A stretch of DNA of 64,000 bases, taken from Nymphaea colorata. Taxonomy: Eukaryota. Where the stretch lies: positions 43,772,001 through 43,836,000 of the forward strand of contig NC_045138.2 in assembly GCF_008831285.2 (NCBI RefSeq). Direction: 5' to 3'. This document shows, piece after piece, positions 36,901 through 50,000 of this stretch (the first letter of the stretch is position 1; each line of letters begins with the position of its first letter). Below the pieces are notes generated by a model. That model did no database searches and was not told the origin of the DNA. It saw only the letters and a program-made list of their open reading frames with translations. The translations under genes and the position numbers were made by a program.

Positions 36901-38230
36901 GCTGTTTAAGTCGATCTCTCATCGGCTAGGTAACTTCTAAACATCCTATAGAACGGGGATATTGGGTGCATTTGCTTTCTAAGCCAGGCTCTAGCCATTT
37001 GCTACTGTCGGTAGTCCCTCCAAGGCACCTTGCCAAGGACACGACTGCGAGTAGCTAGACCACCAACGGGAAAGGGCATGGTTTGGCCGTTCTTAGGGAT
37101 TGTATGCATGGTTTGGGAACGAATGATGAGTGAGTTGTGAGAGTTAAATCTGTATCGCTCGCGTTTGTACTAGCCTTAATCCCCTCAGTGTTGTAATAGG
37201 ATTAAAGACTTGGGATAAGGAAAACATACTTGTATCTTATACCCAGGGTACTATTAAGCCGGGGTTGCTGTCCGGCGGGAAAAGTTTTGTAAATATAATT
37301 TGCTTAAGTGTGGACTTTAGGCTCCCGCGAGTTGATCCTGGACTTGGGATCTATTCTCGGGCGTAGAAATCGCTAGCCGGGTCTAGGTTCCCACCAGGTG
37401 GCAACGACAAAGCACACATCCCAGCCCTAATTTTATTAATTTAACAACTTTACACCAATGGCTAAAATATAATTACAGAGCAAGAATATTACAGATCTGG
37501 ATGTATGTTTTAACACTCTCGTAGTTAAATCATCACAAGAAAGCAAAAGGTAGCCTTGAGTGCAAAAGTCTCTGAGATTCAAGTATGCACAACATCAAGG
37601 AGAGGCAAAGTAGAAATGGAATTGGAGAATCAGGAAGGGAAAAGTTTCTGATTGGAAGAAAGAAGCTTTAGATCTCTTTGGGCATATTGTTTGGAAGAAC
37701 TTCACAACTTGGCTCAGGTGCCATGAAAGAATTTGGATATTGAACTTGATAATGCCACCAAAAGTTAAATTTTTGCAGAGAATAGAGGGAGAAAGAGGTG
37801 CACAAAGAGAGGGGGTTGGCGATTTCAATGATAGACTTCATAACGCTAATTCATTAATGGAATCTGTATATAATTTACTTGGGCAAAAACGTGCCTAGGA
37901 TATAAGATGATTGATAATATTGTAGTTCAGCACATGTTTATTAAGTGCCATTACATTTTAAATGAGTTTAGATCTGCACAAAACAAAGCATGTTTCATCC
38001 ATCACCATGTCTTGCCATACCCTTTTGACATGTCCAGTGAGCAGCACAATGGCCTGACTGCATTCCAGGGTGCCAAAATAAAGGTGGACTATATCTGTCT
38101 ATCACCATGGATGTATATGCATGTACTGGGTAGTATTTTTTGTCTTGGATTTAATGTTTCTTACGGCCATGTCTGTATCATTACGGAAACTTTGAATAAC
38201 CATTCAACTGATATGAAATTGGTGTTGCAG

Positions 38231-38323
38231 GAAGTTGATATTAGTTCTCATTATAGAAACTATAGTGCAAGTACGCGACGCTCCCTGGAAGCATGGTCTG
38301 GTAGTCAACTTGATTTAGGTCTT
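38231..38323 (+). CDS. DExH1: DExH1-like exon: EVDISSHYRNYSASTRRSLEAWSGSQLDLGL
   Basis: Matches the DExH1 linker before motif IV. gcAG|GAA and CTT|GTAAGT, 93 nt. The next exon (motif IV) was not found in the remaining 25.6 kb. Confidence 0.9.
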
Positions 38324-40081
38324 GTAAGTGATTTTTTCTCGAAGTATAATTGCTGTTTATTGATCTTTTCCTTTACCTTTGTTTGTAGCATTATCAGTTT
38401 AACTACTTGCCTTTTCTTGCTTTTTGTAATGCATATGTTCTCTTATCTTGCTTGTATTACATGATTCCTTATTTTGTTTACTCAGGTTCATATGTTTTTG
38501 CCAATGTTGCAGAATGCATATTGTAAGACACGTCATTAACAACAAAACTTAAACTCAACAAACTAAATGCTTCATCACTAATATTACAAAATACAACACC
38601 ATCAAGCATCTTAATCATGTTAAGTGCATATTGGATATGGAGTATGGTTACGGGAAGAGCCAGGGGGCTGGCAGGGACCATATCCTCCTTAGATTTTGGA
38701 AAAACAAAATTTTACAGGCCAATATTTTTAGAAATTTTAGTTTGGTTCAGCTTTTGCAAAATTGAATAGACTCCTGTGAAATTTTTTCCTGGGCCCCCCA
38801 AAAAACAGTCCTGGCTGTGCCATCAACTCTAAAGCAAATGAAACTAACCAAATTGAGCAGTTGACAACAAAAATTATGAATTAAAACTGTGTCTATAAGC
38901 ACTCTTAATTCACAAATACTTAATCAAAAGCTCATCAAGTCATGCACCTAATTCTTTTCATGCAGTTTGAACTTTAAAGTTTAAGTTTAGAAAAAAAACT
39001 GAATTTATCATTGTTTGGTGACTCTTCATTTCAGTCTTACATCTTTAATATCATTTATGACCTCTCCTCCAGCATCCATCTCTTCATCTTCAACTTCACC
39101 TCTTCTTCATTTTGCAATGGCAGTACTTGTTACTATTGCTTATGCTGGACCTGCTGAAGCCAATATATTTTGTGGTTTGCATGAATTAGTGTACACACAT
39201 TCTGCGACTAATGAAGAATGACATTAGTTTGTGTGAATCTATTATTATTCTTTAAAACTATTAAGGCTCTTTTAATCAAGCAATCACAACCTCTCCATTT
39301 AGCTGGTCCACCTTCTTCTATCTTCATGGCCAGATGTTTGTGTCTATGTGCGTACATTTGGTATATTTCATGTAATTATAACTAATACTACATCTATCTT
39401 TATGTGCACACTCATGCACACTTGTGTATACATGTACTTAGGTGTATACATACCTTACAGACCATAGCAACAAATATAGTTCTTGGGTTTTAATTGGCGG
39501 TATTTTTCTTTGATGTTTTTTTGGCAAAGATGTTTTTTTTTTGGGGGGAAAATCTCATGAAAATCTGCAGTTTTTTTTTTCAAATAAAAAATTCAAAATA
39601 TTAGGCAAAAATAAAATAAATGAGAAATTAAGAAAAAAACATTAAAAATATCTTGTTAAAATGATAAATTAATAAATAAAACAATGAAAAAAAGTCAAAC
39701 AAAATGTCAAAATGAAAAAAAAAAATTAAAAAACGTGAAAAATTGGGATAAATTAAATTTTAATGTTTTTTAAAATATCATATATTTTCTTTGTTTCTAA
39801 TTACTATTGCATTTTAAAAAATATCTTGTGAAAATGATACAATCATACAATAATAAATAAAACAAAGAAAAAAGATTGAACATAATGTCAAAATGAAAAA
39901 AATAAATAAAAATCTCAAAAAAATTGGGATAAATTAATTTTACTGTTTTTTATACAATGTATTTTGCCTTTTTAAAAAAAATTTCTTTCATTTTCTTTGT
40001 TAATATTGTGATTTTTTAGAAAATATTGCGATAAGTGTCTGGGATACATACATGCATACGTGTTTATATATATGCACACAC

Positions 40082-40839
40082 TGTAAATAGAGCTGTTGGT
40101 GTTTCCCAATGGCTTGCAGCCAGGTTTTGTATATATGGAGGGATGAATCCCTCATTTTCTTCTTCAAGATTTTTCCAGAACCTTTTTCAGTAAATTAAAA
40201 GCATAGCTTTTTTTGCCTTGGAGTGCAGTTGTGCACGTATGAGATAGCCAAGCCTTTGTGCTTAGGTTTTTATGATTGTGAACAAGCATTATGTTGTGGA
40301 TTGTTGAGTGATTTTTGTGTGGTTGTTTACATGGTATCAGAACTAGTTTTTGTAGCAGCCTTTTCAAAATTTATACAAGATCCTGTTGCTGCCTATTTGT
40401 GAAGACATGGTGGTTGAAAGTTTTCTATGTTCATTTCCTAAGAGTCCCTTTAGAATTCTTCTTCCTAGTTTGAAAGATCACATTCTGTATCCTTCCATGC
40501 TCAATGGTTCTATTTACCTTGTATAGGCTGGCAATCTAGGTGCTCATGTCAAGCCGCAAGCCCTGTGGTGCTACATCAAAGGCACATTACCCAAATTGAA
40601 GGCAAAATTAAACAAATCTTTTGTCATGATTGCATTATCAGAATGATGTGAAGTTTGCCTTAAAATAAAAAAAAAAAACTAGTTTTACTTGAACGCCTTT
40701 TAATTGAGGTTGTTGAGATCTTTAGGGACCAACACTTATTCTAATTAAAACATCGGAGTGAAGTATCTTCCAAATGAATCTATGGAATACATTGAAACAA
40801 ATGAAATTACTCATCAAAAGATCTTACCTCAAAACTTCT
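40082..40839 (+). mobile_element. Relic 5' end of a copia element (LTR, PBS, gag trace) into which copia D inserted
   Basis: TGTAAAT...TTTACA (40082-40331) directly followed by TGGTATCAGA, and an LWCYIKG gag-like trace near 40563. No partner LTR found. Confidence 0.5.
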
Positions 40840-43800
40840 TGTTAAGCTTTGTGCGTATGGAGGCTCGGGTCTATTCAGACCCGATCCACTTGTTTTCTAA
40901 TCCACACGCCTAAACATACTAGGCGGTGGCACTTCTGTAAATGTTATATAATTTTGTACATTTTGTTATAACCTGATTAGGTTAATTCTTTAATACAGAT
41001 TAAGGATCACACGGCTGGGTGCGCCGGTGACTCTCTTCCTCCATTTGTCTTCTCTTCTATTCTTTCTTCTCATTCTACCTGTTTTCAAACGGAGAGACGT
41101 GAATAAGCGAAGATTCTCACATGGTATCAGAGCCAGGTTACCTCATCCTCCGGTGAGTGGTTTCAGTTTGACGTGATTATCCCTAATCTGCCCTAAGTAC
41201 TCTTTTCTGGCGTGGATATCCCTCATTTCAGTTTCTGCTTTGAATCTTGTGTGATTTACTCTAATCGATTTGCCCTAAATTGATTTGCCCTAATCAATTT
41301 GCCCTAATTTCTGTTCAATTTGCCCTAATTTCTGTTGCTGCCCCAATTTGCCCCAATTTTCTGCCTCACGTTGTTTGCCCTAATCATCTTCATTCAGTCA
41401 TGGATCAGCCGACTCCCTCTCTTCTATCCTCCAGCTTTCTCTCCCAACTTATCTCCCAAAAACTGAATCATAGTAACTATTTGACTTGGAAACGTCAAAT
41501 TGTCCCATTTATTAAAAGTCATAGACTCTATGGGCATATCGATGGCACTACTCCAGCACCTCCAAAATATATTTACCGTGAAGTGAAGAAGACCGTAGTG
41601 GGAGATCAAGCTACTGGGACTTCGGCTGGAAGTGAAACTAGCATTGAATATGAAACTCTTACGGAAAGTAATCTTGAATATGATGTTTGGCTGGCCCACG
41701 ACCAGTCACTTGTTGCATATATTACTTCTACCTTGTCAGAGGAGGTATTAGGAGGTATTGATGATGATTTAACAACCTTAGAATTGTGGTCTACCCTTGC
41801 CACAACGTATTCTCAAGTATCGGAAGCACGGTTTCTGCAATTAAAAAGGCAATTTCAGGATATCAAGCATGGGACGTGTACAGTTTTGGAATATTTGAAT
41901 GAAATAAAAAATGTAAGTGATCAACTTGCTGCCATTGGACGTCCTGTCAGCGATAAAGACAAAGTGCAACAAGCCTTGAGTGGCCTGGGAACAAAGTTTG
42001 ATATTTTTTGCACAGCCTTGGAGGTCTTACCTGTCCTCCCATCCTTTGAAGATCTGAAAGCCAAGTTATTTCAACACGAAGCTAGTCGTGTTCAACGACA
42101 GAATTTGATTTCTCCCAACAGCCACAATGTATTCATCACAGGGACTCATGCATTGCAAGGGAATCGTACTCGCCCTTGGACTCCTCAGGTAGAAATGGGA
42201 AGAGGGATTCTCCCGACACCACCAGGCATGAATACTACTGCTGCCACATCTAGCAGGGTTCTGACTTGCTTCTATTGTAATAAGAGGGGGCATGTAAAAT
42301 CAGAATGTTGGCACAATCCTCAGAATAAAAATAATCAAGTCAGGCGTGAAACAAGGCAGCAACAGGGTCAGTTTCATCCTCATCTAGCTCAAATCCAACA
42401 TCCAATGTTTCATCGGAGGTGCAACAACTTCTTATGACAGCCTTATCTAAGCTCCACTTGAAGCAAAATGAGCAAGGAGAATGGTATGTGGACTCTGGAG
42501 CAGCAGCCCATGTTACTGGTGACACAGGTAATTTATCTAGTGTTTTCCCTTATTTAGATCAAGGCTCAGTTGTCACGGGAGATGGTTCCCATCACACAAT
42601 ATCGCACATTGGAAATGCACAAATATCTATGGGTTCTTCTTCCATTCCATTAAAGAATGTCCTTGTTGTTCCAAGTGTCAAGAAAAATATTATCTTAGTG
42701 TCCAAACTGATTGATGATACTCACTCCTTTGTTGAATTCACACCGTCTTCTGTTTATGTCAAGGATGCTCGAACCAAGAGGACATTTGCTGAGGGCACTC
42801 GCAAAGGAGATATGTATGTTCTTGAAGAAGCTCCAAAGCTGTCAAAATCTCACCCTTCAGATCCATGTTTTTCAATTCATAGTGAAATCAATGTCGCAGA
42901 ATATAATAAGCCATCCATTTGGCATGGTCGGTTAGCTCATTGTAGTCAGTCTTTTGTTCGAAGTCTTGTACGGACTCTTAGATAAGTCCAGTCTGAGTTC
43001 AGTTAGTGAGTCCAGCATGTGCTCGAGTTGTCATATCTGTAAGAGCCATGCCCTTCATTTTCAATTAATAAATAAAAGAGCTTCAAAGGCTTTTGACACT
43101 ATATATTCCGATGTTTGGGGGCCTGCTCCAATTCCTTCTTCTTTTGGGAGTAGATATTATGTCATTTTTATTGATTCATATTCCCGATATACTTGGATTC
43201 ATTTCATGAAACACAAATCAGAAGTCTTCCGCCTGTTCACTCAATTTCATGCTTTGGTTCGGAATAAATACTCCAGCAATATTGTGCATTTTCAATGTGA
43301 TGGTGGTGGTGAATTTATTTCTAATGAATTTACTGAGTATCTACTAGATAATGGGATCACTAGACAAATTTCATGCCCGCATACACCTCAGCAAAACGGA
43401 ATTGCTGAAAGGAAAATAGGCATATTGTTGAAAGCGCCCTTAGCATGATGCATGACACAGACTTACCTATGACATTGTGGACCGAGGCTTTTCATACGGC
43501 TGTTCATGTTATAAACCGATTGCCATTGGCTTTGCTTGATGGAAAATCTCCATTTTTTCTATTACATCAAGAACAGCCGTGTTATGAAGATAGTGCTATG
43601 TGCATGTTGATGTTTCCTTACGAAACAAATTTCAAGATCGTGTTGTTTTGTGCAGATTTATAGGGTATGCAGAAAATTACAAGGGTTATAGGTGTTACAA
43701 CCCTAAAACTGGGCATGTACATATTTCACGGCATGTTGTTTTTTATGAAAGCAGGTTACAGGAAGGCAACTTCTGGGACACTCAAGGACAAAAATGAGTT

Positions 43801-45961
43801 TTATGATACTTGGTTACATGCTGAAATCTTAAGACAAGGGGCGGAAAAGTTGAATGAACATAAGGAGCAAGCTGTTAATGAACCAGAAACACTTGTAAGT
43901 AGCTCCTTGGACAGCATGCCTCCATTTTCTCAGCCCAATGATCCACCTACACATAATCGGTTCTCAGGCCTGGTGTATTCTAGGCGATCGGTTCCTACTG
44001 CAGATCCAACTGCAGTTCCACGCCAGTCACAACGCGTGAGACATCCTATTGATAGATGGGTGAGCTATAATAATTTTTCTTTGGATTTTCAGTCGTTTAT
44101 GACAGAAGTCAACAAAAAGGTGGAACCAAAATCTTATCACCATGCGAGTAAGGAAAAATGTTGGGTTGAAGCTATGAATGAGGAAATGGCAGTCTTGCAT
44201 GAATGTCAAACTTGGCAGATTGTTCCCCGTCCAAATGATAAGAATGTTGTGGGTTCCAAGTGGGTTTACAAGTTGAAATATAAGCCAGATGGTAGCATTG
44301 ATCGACATAAAGCACGTCTTGTGGCACGCGGGTTCACTCAGCAATATGGGGAAGATTATGATGAAACATTCAGTCCAGTCATCAAGATGGGAACAATATG
44401 TGTGATTATTTCTCTTGCAGTCTCATATGGATGGCCTCTTTATCAGTTAGATGTTAAAAATGCATTTCTTCATGGGATTCTTAAGGAAGAGGTTTACATG
44501 GAGCAACCTCCCGGCTATACTACTCATGATCCTCAACAATGGGTTTGTAAATTACAAAAATCTCTATATGGTTTGAAGCAAGCTTCTAGATCATGGTTCG
44601 ATCGGTTTTCTCATCATATACAACAAGTTGGTTTTCTCCGAAGCTCTCTCGATCACTCTTTGTTTATCTATCATTCTGGTGAAGCTACCACTTGGTTGCT
44701 TATATATGTTGATGATATTATTATCACTGGGAACTCTGCATCACATATATCTTATGTTAAAGATATGTTGAAGCAAAAATTCAAGATGAAGGATCTCGGC
44801 GAATTACGGTATTTTTTGGGTGTTGAGCTTGACAGGACGAATGATAGATTGACTTTTACGCAGCACAAGTATACTCTTGATGTTTTGGACAAGGCAGACA
44901 TGACTAATTGCAAACCCATAACTACTCCTAGTGTTCTGAACACTAAGTTGACTTCATCTGATGGAATTGCAGCATACTCCGATCCTACATTCTATCGCAG
45001 CATTGTTGGTATGTTACAATACCTCACTTTTACTCGCCCAGACATAGTATATGCTGTAAATCAGATTTCTCATTTCATGCATGCACCCACAGAAGGACAT
45101 ATGGATGCCGCTAAGCGGATATTGCGGTATCTCAAAGCTACTTTTGGAGATGGACTAGTCTACATAAAATGTCCCAATGTTTCTCTTGGGCATAGCATAT
45201 ATACATATATTGATGCAGACTGGGCAGGAACCCCGATGATCGACGATCAGTTTCAGGTTTTTGACTTTTTCTTGATTCTAATCTCATTTGTTGGAGCAGT
45301 AAAAAGCAGCGTGCTGTTGCACGATCCAGTACTGAGGCAGAGTACAGAGCAATGGCTGCAGGGACAGCTGAAGCATCATGGTTACGACATTTGCTTGGAG
45401 AGCTTAATCTTCCTATTGCCCAGTCATCATTACTACGTGACAATCAAAGTGCGATAAAAATTGCCTTCAACCCCATTTTGCATAATCGTACCAAACACAT
45501 AGAGATTGATTAACACTTCATCCGTCAGAAGGTTGAAGAAGCCGAGATCTTGCCTACTTATATATCCACCAGTGAACAGATAGCTGATATCTTTACTAAA
45601 GGACTCACAGGGCAGCACTTTTGGGAATTGAAGAACAAGTTATGCATGATCAAATCTCATGCACAACTTGAGGGGGGTTGTTAAGCTTTGTGCGTATGGA
45701 GGCTCGAGTCTATTCAGACCCGATCCACTTCTTTTCTAATCCACACGCCTAAACATACTAGGCGGTGGCACTTCTGTAAATGTTATATAATTTTTGTACA
45801 TTTTGTTATAACCTGATTAGGTTAATTCTTTAATACAGATTAAGGATCACACGGCTGGGTGCGCCGGTGACTCTCTTCCTCCATTTGTCTTCTCTTCTAT
45901 TCTTTCTTCTCATTCTACCTGTTTTCAGACGGAGAGACGTGAATAAGCGAAGATTCTCACA
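40840..45961 (+). mobile_element. Full-length but frameshifted Ty1/copia element (D), sense to the host gene
   Basis: LTRs 40840-41121 and 45679-45961 (3 substitutions and 1 indel by eye), TSD CTTCT, PBS 41122-41133, PPT before 45679. gag (CFYCNKRGHVKSEC), VDSGA, integrase, YVDD and RNase H lie in broken frames. Confidence 0.96.
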
Positions 45962-46827
45962 CTTCTCACCAAAATGAGTTCATTGAAAAACATAGAGATA
46001 TTGTACACACTATTAAAACATTAATTATTTCAAGAAATATTCCTAAATGTTTGAAGTTGAGGCAGTCCGTGGGTCCATTTATCCTGGTCATCCATTGCCT
46101 TCAATAATTTTAAAAGTCATGTCTCCATTTGAATGACTAAAACAGTAACTGATTCTCAAATACTTAGGCCATGAGGTGTATAGTGTAGCTGGTGAAGCTA
46201 GCACCTCTGAAAGGTGGCATTATTAATTCTATTCTTGTAGGTGCTGTGCCTTGGTGTCAATGGGATGGGAGCGATATACTAGTCGATGTGCATTGGACCC
46301 ACACAAGGTGTCACACCCCAAATTTTCACTCAATTTTTTTTTTCTTTTAAATGCATAGTGGACACAGACTTTTAGCAATGTGATGGGCTCGATAACTTGG
46401 TATAAATCACATGAAACCTAGATTGACCATTCGTTTTCATTATAACAATAAAAACATATTCAAAGACTCCTTTATGCAAAATAGACACTATGACCCTATT
46501 TACATTTTTCGTTGTACAATATTACAAAAACTTGAAAAAGGAAAACTTCAACCGTCGATGATGTGCTGACATGAACACTAGTTCAGTGGAATGTGAGCTA
46601 TGTAAATCAGGCCTGATCTTGAGAATACAAATGCTTCAAGAGATACACTCTTGAAGATCCCAACAACTTCAATAGGTAATACACAACCAAACCTCAAACT
46701 TGAGGAGAAGATACCAAATCTATTAATCTCAATAGAAGAATACACAAGAGAGGCCTAAAAGCCTTAACCAAACAAGGGACAACAGTCCCATATATATAGT
46801 ACAATGAAAGGGAGAGAAGAAGGAGGA

Positions 46828-46893
46828 GTTGGCTGTTGGGCCAGCTCCAACGGCTAGAAATCTAGCCGTTGGAAGCTGGTCCAACAGCTAGTT
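46828..46893 (-). promoter_or_regulatory. Palindromic U3 element with two inverted MSA-consensus motifs (also at 51759-51824)
   Basis: TCCAACGGCTA (46846-46856) and TAGCCGTTGGA (46863-46873) lie inside a ~30-bp-arm inverted repeat upstream of TATATATA (46791-46798). Confidence 0.55.
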
Positions 46894-47089
46894 CCCTTTT
46901 ACAAAAAGGAAAAGGTAAAAATAGAAAAAGAAAAGAAAATAAAAAGTACATAAAAAAGAAAAGGAAGCAAATAAAATAAAATACATAACACCTATGCATA
47001 CATAGATATTCATATATACAAATCATATATGAAACATATGTATACTTACATAATGTCTAATATTTAAATTCTAACACCCCCCCTCAAAC

Positions 47090-50000
47090 TTACGGTGTGA
47101 TCATCGAAAGTTTGCCAAGAAGAAACTGAAAACGTGCTGAAGCAAGTGCCTTGGTGAAGAAATCTCCAAGTTGATATTCGGAAGGGACAAAGGATATATC
47201 GATTGTTCGGCTAAGATATTCTTCTCTCACATAGTGACAATCCATTTCAATATGCTTCGTCCTTTCATGAAAAGTATGATTGCTAGCAATGTAGATGGCA
47301 CTTTTATTGTCGCAGCAGAGCTTGGTTGCTTCATTTAAGTCAATTCCAATGTCTTTCAATAAGCTTTTTAACCACACAATCTCCATGGTGGTGGTGGCCA
47401 TGGCACGATATTCTGCTTCAGTTGATGATAGAGAGACTTTATTTTGTTTTTTGCATCTCCACGAAATAAGAGAGTCACCTAGAAAAACACAAAGACCGGT
47501 GGTGGAATGCCTGTTATTAGGATCTCCACCCCAATCAGCATCAGTATAGGCAATCATATTCAAGTTTGATGAGGAGGATAGAAAAAGTCCTTTAGTGATT
47601 GTGTGTTTGACATATCGAACAATCCTCAATGCGGCTCCCATGTGTACAGAAGTGAGACTTTGTTGAAATTGACTTATGACATGTACCGCATGTGATATGT
47701 CAGGCCTTGTGATAGATAAATATGTGAGAGCTCCAACCAATTGACGAAATGGAGTGGGATTTTCTAGAATTTTTCCATCATCAATCTTCATCTTTACTCC
47801 TAAGGCTTCAGGAGTGTCTACCACCTTGTCATCGGTGATACCTGATCTGCTTATAATGTCATTGACAAACTTCATTTGTGAGAGTAAGTATCCTCTTCTA
47901 CTATAAGCTACTTCAATACCAAGAAAATAGGTTAGTTTACCCAAATCAGTCATTTCAAATTCATTTTTTAGAAAGTCCTTTACCTGCATAATTCTGTTGG
48001 CATCATTACCTGTAATAATCATATCATCTACATATAAAAGTAACACAATTATACCTATAGCAGTATTTTTAACAAACATAGCAGTGTCAGAATAGCATGA
48101 TTTAAAACCTTGTTTGAACATAACATTGCTAAACATGTCAAACCAAGCTTTTGGAGCTTGTTTCAAGCCATATAATGCCTTTCTAAGATAAAGAACTTTT
48201 CCTTGAAGTAAATCAAGCCCAGGGGGTGAATCCATGTATACCTCTTCATTTAAGTATCCATTCAAAAAAGCATTTTTGACATCCAATTGATATATAAACC
48301 ATTGTTTAATGGAGGCAATGGCAATAAGAGCTCTAACAGAGGTCATACGAGCAACAGGGGCGAAGGTTTCTTCGTAATCAATCCCATATTCTTGGGCATA
48401 TCCTTTGGCAACAAGTCTAGCTTTATACATTTCAAGTGATCCATCACTTCTAGTCTTGACTTTGTAAACCCACCTACATCCTATTGTCCTTTTCCCTATA
48501 GGAAGAGACACAATGTCCCAAGTTTTATTGTCTTCAAGGGCTCTAAGTTCATTGTTCATTGCTTCAATCCAATGTGGGTTAGTTTTGGCTTCAAGATAGG
48601 ATGAAGGTTCAACATGAGAGTGAATAGCTAATAAGCAAGCTCTATGTTTTGGGGAAAAAGACTCATAGGAAACAAATTTTTGAGGTGGATGAGAATCTCT
48701 TTGAGATCTCCTAAGAGTAGGTTGAGACTCTTGGATGTTTTGTTGAGACCTTCTCTTATAAACTATAACTTCTCTTGGTGATCCATCACTTCTTGGTGAA
48801 GATCTATCAAAAAGAGTATTCTCAACCTCATTTTGAGCATCATTATGTGAAGAAGGCAAAACATCATCATCATTATCAACATCATCATCATTTATCCATA
48901 AAAAAGAATAGTCATCTTCATGCTTGGGTTTATTTTCATTAAAGCCATTTTCTTCTTCTAAAAATATCACATTTCTTGAAACATACACCTTATCTTTTTC
49001 AATATCATAGCATCTATACCCTTTTTGAGTTTCGGAATAGCCAATAAAGACACATTGAATAGCCCTAGATGAAAGTTTATCATTTTTGTCATTTAAAATG
49101 AAACATTTGCAACCAAAGACTTTGAATCTTTTATAAGTTGGCTCCAAGTTAAAAAGTTTTTGAAAAGGTGAAATATTTTCTAAAACTTTAGAGGACATTC
49201 TATTAATCAAGTAAATGGATGTTAAAATTGCTTCAGCCCAAAAATTTTTTGGAACATTTTTTGATATAAGAAGAGCTCTTGTTGTTTCAAGAATATGTCT
49301 ATGTTTTCTTTCGGCGACTCCATTTTGTTGGGGGGTTTTGGGACAAGACTTTTGGTGTATAACTCCCTTTTCTTTTAGGAATTCTTCAAATTCATTGGAA
49401 ATGAATTCTCCCCCGGAATCACTTCTAAAAATTTTAAGGTTTGCATCAAATTGAGTTTTGATCATGTTGTAAAAGTTTTTAAAATTCATAAAGACTTCCG
49501 ATTTGCGTTTAAGAAAGTAAACCCAAGCATATCGAGAGTAATCATCCACAAAAATGACATAATAAACTAAACCACCTTTAGACATAATAGGAGCGGGACC
49601 CCATACATCCGAATGCACTAATTCAAAAGGTGCTTTTGCAACAAAATTTCTATTTCCAAAAGGTAAAGCCTTAATTTTGGCTTTAATACAATCATCACAA
49701 GAGATCATTTCTTTACATTTCTCTTCCAAAAAAGGGATACAAGACATTTTTCCTAAACTTGAATGCCCAAGTCTTTGATGCCAAACTTGAATGTCACTCT
49801 TCTTGACTATATTGCAAGTAGGGTTGGAAAGATCCAAATAGTCAACATAGTAGAGATCATTTTTCCTAGAACCTTCCCCAATCGTCTTCTTGGAAAGATG
49901 GTCCTGTATCAAAAATTTATTTTGTGAGAAGACAATATCACATCCATGATTTGTTATTTGAGAAACCGACAAGAGATTTAAGTTAAGTTTGGGAATAAAT

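Larger units (their letters stand above)
29001..37396 (+). mobile_element. CRM-like Ty3/gypsy solo LTR (~3.16 kb net), inserted in the 5' LTR of copia B and itself interrupted by copia C
   Basis: TGATGCAGAC...CCCACCA termini, TSD GGTGG (28996-29000, 37397-37401). An open frame runs from the LTR edge across the copia C site to 34527. Confidence 0.7.
24577..37515 (-). mobile_element. Old, heavily decayed Ty1/copia element (B). Its 5' LTR is split by later insertions.
   Basis: TSD CTCTC (24572-24576, 37516-37520). 3' LTR ~24577-24885 aligns to 28905-29000 plus 37402-37515. PBS remnant at 28894-28904. Relic RNase H (SGYCVFVGNNL), integrase (QQNGIVERKHRH) and gag (EDKVQYLINGLGSDF). Confidence 0.8.

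Noticed and set aside
38650..38825. Small GC-ended MITE-like element (AGCCAGG...CCTGGCT) and the AT-rich block at 39460-40040
   Set aside because: Probably decayed DNA transposons, but TIRs and TSDs could not be fixed.
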